Source of the DNA: Mobula hypostoma
Lineage: Eukaryota
Length of the DNA: 64,000 bases
Direction: 5' to 3'
Assembly: GCF_963921235.1 (NCBI RefSeq)
Contig: NC_086109.1
Location: 25,050,001 to 25,114,000, forward strand
How positions within the stretch are numbered: position 1 is the first letter of the stretch; every line of letters begins with the position of its first letter. Below the pieces are notes generated by a model. It was not told the origin of the DNA, did no database searches, and was given only the letters and a program-made list of their open reading frames with translations. Positions 61,792 to 64,000 of the stretch are shown here, one piece after another. The translations under genes and the position numbers were made by a program.

Positions 61792-62548
61792 ACACAAGAA
61801 ATTCTGAAGATGCTGGAAATCCAAAGCAATACAAACAAAATGCTAGAGGAACTCAGTAGGTCAGGCAGCAACTATGGTAATGAATAAACAGTTGACATTT
61901 TGGCCCAAGACCCTTTCTCAAGACTGGACCAGAAGGGGAAAGATGCCAGAATAAAATGATGGGGGGGGGGCGGGGAGAGGGGAAGAGGGTAGCTGGTAGG
62001 TGATAGGAGAAGCCAGGTGGGTAGGTTAGGAATGGGCTGGAGAGGAAGGAATCTGATAGGAGAGGAGGGTGGACCATAGGAGAAAGGGAAGGAGGAGGGG
62101 ACCCAGGGGGTTGTGATGAGCAAGTGAGAATAGGTAAGAGACTAGAGTGCGAAATAGAAGAGGGAAGGGGGAGGAATTTTTTTTTGCCAAAAGGAGAAAT
62201 CAATGTTCATGTCATCAGGTTGGAGGCTACCCAGAAGGAACATGCTCCTCCACCCTGAGAGTGGCCTCATCATGGCACAAGAGGCGGCCATGGAACATCA
62301 TGTTGGAACAGGAATGGGAATATAAATTAAAATGGCTGGCCTCTGGAAAATTCCACTTTGGGCAAATGGAGTGGAGGTGCTTGACAAAGAGGTCCCCCAA
62401 TTTACGTTAGGTTTCACCAATGTAGAGGAAGCTATAATGGGAGCGGATACAATAGAGGACCCTAACAGATTCACAGGTAAAGTGTTGCCTCGCCTGTGAG
62501 GACTGTTTGTGGCCCTGAATGGAGGTGAGGGAAGAGGTAAATGCGGTG
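61792..62548 (-). mobile_element. Older Penelope-like element 3' part (GIY-YIG remnant plus terminal repeat)
   Basis: TSSLTSIQGHKQSSQARQHFTCESVRVLYCIRS..LYIGET, with a degenerate hammerhead at ~61889-61927. Confidence 0.82.
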
Positions 62549-62574
62549 GTGTAGCAACAACGGAAAAAGAGATA

Positions 62575-62765
62575 AAACATATATATTCTCCTGCTTCCTC
62601 CCCATAACCTTTGACACACTTATTATTCCAGAACCTATCAACCTCTGCTTTAAAGATACCTGATGACTTGGTCTCCACAGCCATCTGTGGCAATGAATTC
62701 CCAAAGTACATCATCCTCTCATTAATGAAATTCCTCCTCACCTCTGTTCTAAAGGGACATCCTAT
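62575..62765 (-). mobile_element. CR1 3' fragment
   Basis: GCPFRTEVRRNF..NSLPQMAVETKS.GIFKAEVDRF. Confidence 0.8.
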
Positions 62766-63409
62766 CAAAGCAGTATTCCAGAAAATGGCTTAAGCTTTCC
62801 CAATAAGTTACTTGGTTTAGGAATAAAGCTACTGACCAAAGCCCATACTGACTTAGCACCGTGCTATTTTTGGAATTTTTTTTCCCTTTAGGAAGGTGGA
62901 ACTGCCTTCATAAAAGTACATTAAATTTGCCTTCAACTTATATAGCACTTACAAGAACCAGAGGAATACTGTGTTAGCGCAGGTATTTCACAAATGGATC
63001 CAACCAGTAATTTATACATTGCAGATGAGATAACACATGCTACTAGGGAAAGAAAAAAGGATTTGCTTTCCGACATCACTTTTCAGATCCTTTGCAAAAG
63101 TGCACACAGGATGCATGTGCAGTTAATTATTTTCATAAATATTGACCGTGGATGCAAAACCAGCAACTATTTTGCATCCCACTCACAGTGACAGATTGAA
63201 TCTTCAGTTGACTTTTTTTAGATGGAGAAGTCGGCCAGTTGATTCCACAGAATCAAACCTCTGTGCTCAATAAGATTTCTTTTAACTTGGGTCTGCACTT
63301 AAGGCCTCACCAAAAGTCAGAGTTAGACATTTGTAATTGCAACCCTTAAATTAGTTCAAAGCAAAACACTGCAGGCGCTGCAAAATCTGAATTTTAAAAG
63401 AGCAGAAGC

Positions 63410-63700
63410 TTTTTGCCAACATCTTACCTCTTCTTACTTATCACCTCCTCCAGGTCCCCTCCTTCTCCCCTTTCTGCTATGGTCCACTCTCCTCACCTAT
63501 CAGATTCTTTCATCTCCAGCCCTCCACCTGGCTTCCCCTATCACCTTCTAGCTATCTGCCTTCCCCTCTCCCCATGTTTTTATTCTGGCATCTTCCCGCT
63601 TCATTTCCAGTCCTGAAGAAGAGTCTTGGCACTGTTTATTCATTTCCATAGCTGCTGCCTGACCTGCTGAGTTCCCTCAGCATTTTGTTTGTGTTGCTGT
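63410..63700 (+). mobile_element. Penelope terminal repeat, partially deleted hammerhead
   Basis: Pyrimidine-rich body, then ccagtcctgaagaagagtcttggc|actgtttattc..gctgcctgacctgctgagttcc. Confidence 0.75.
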
Positions 63701-63817
63701 GGGAAGTCATAGCCGCTTTACTACAGGTAGAATATTATTTTACACATAATTTGAGCAAAACAAGTTTGGACAATACATTTATGTAATCCCTTAGCAGGAT
63801 GGAATTTGCTGAATCAT

Positions 63818-63998
63818 AAAAACAAAAGATTCCGCTGAATGCTGGAAATCTGCAGCAAAAGAACACATAAAATACTGGAGGAATTCATCAAGTCAGGCAA
63901 CATCTACAAAGAGGAATAAACTATCGAGTGTTTACTTTCTGCCATGGATGTTGCCTGCCCTGCTGAGTTCCCCCAGCAGTTTATGTGTGTTGTTTTGC
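63818..63998. mobile_element. Short fold-back Penelope derivative
   Basis: aacacataaaatactggaggaattcatcaagtcaggcaacatc / gatgttgcctgccctgctgagttcccccagcagtttatgtgtgtt. Confidence 0.72.
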
Positions 63999-64000
63999 AA

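Overview
Repeat-rich vertebrate genomic DNA. The mix of CR1, Rex1/Babar, V-SINE and Penelope repeats suggests a cartilaginous fish (inference). It is not prokaryotic, and most of the ORF track is transposon debris or noise. The only host coding sequence I can support is a 35-codon first coding exon of a monocarboxylate transporter, most like SLC16A4/MCT5 (51708-51812, + strand). It is probably driven from a CpG-rich promoter near 15.0-16.3 kb across a ~36 kb first intron. The rest is decayed and often nested mobile DNA: CR1, Rex1/Babar, RTE, Tx1 and an AT-rich R4/Dong-like LINE, tRNA-derived CORE- and V-SINEs, two solo LTRs, hAT/Tc1 MITEs and a 40-bp minisatellite. The most notable signal is a family of Penelope-like (GIY-YIG) elements and short fold-back derivatives whose terminal repeat carries a minimal hammerhead ribozyme motif (CUGACGA-stem-GAAAC-GUH). 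The best example is a young 1.5-kb element at 29571-31067 with ~550-bp inverted arms, two intact opposing hammerhead motifs and a 14-bp target-site duplication (TSD). Boundaries of old repeats are by-eye estimates; TSD/TIR-defined boundaries were counted base by base. Family assignments rest on recalled motifs, not database searches.
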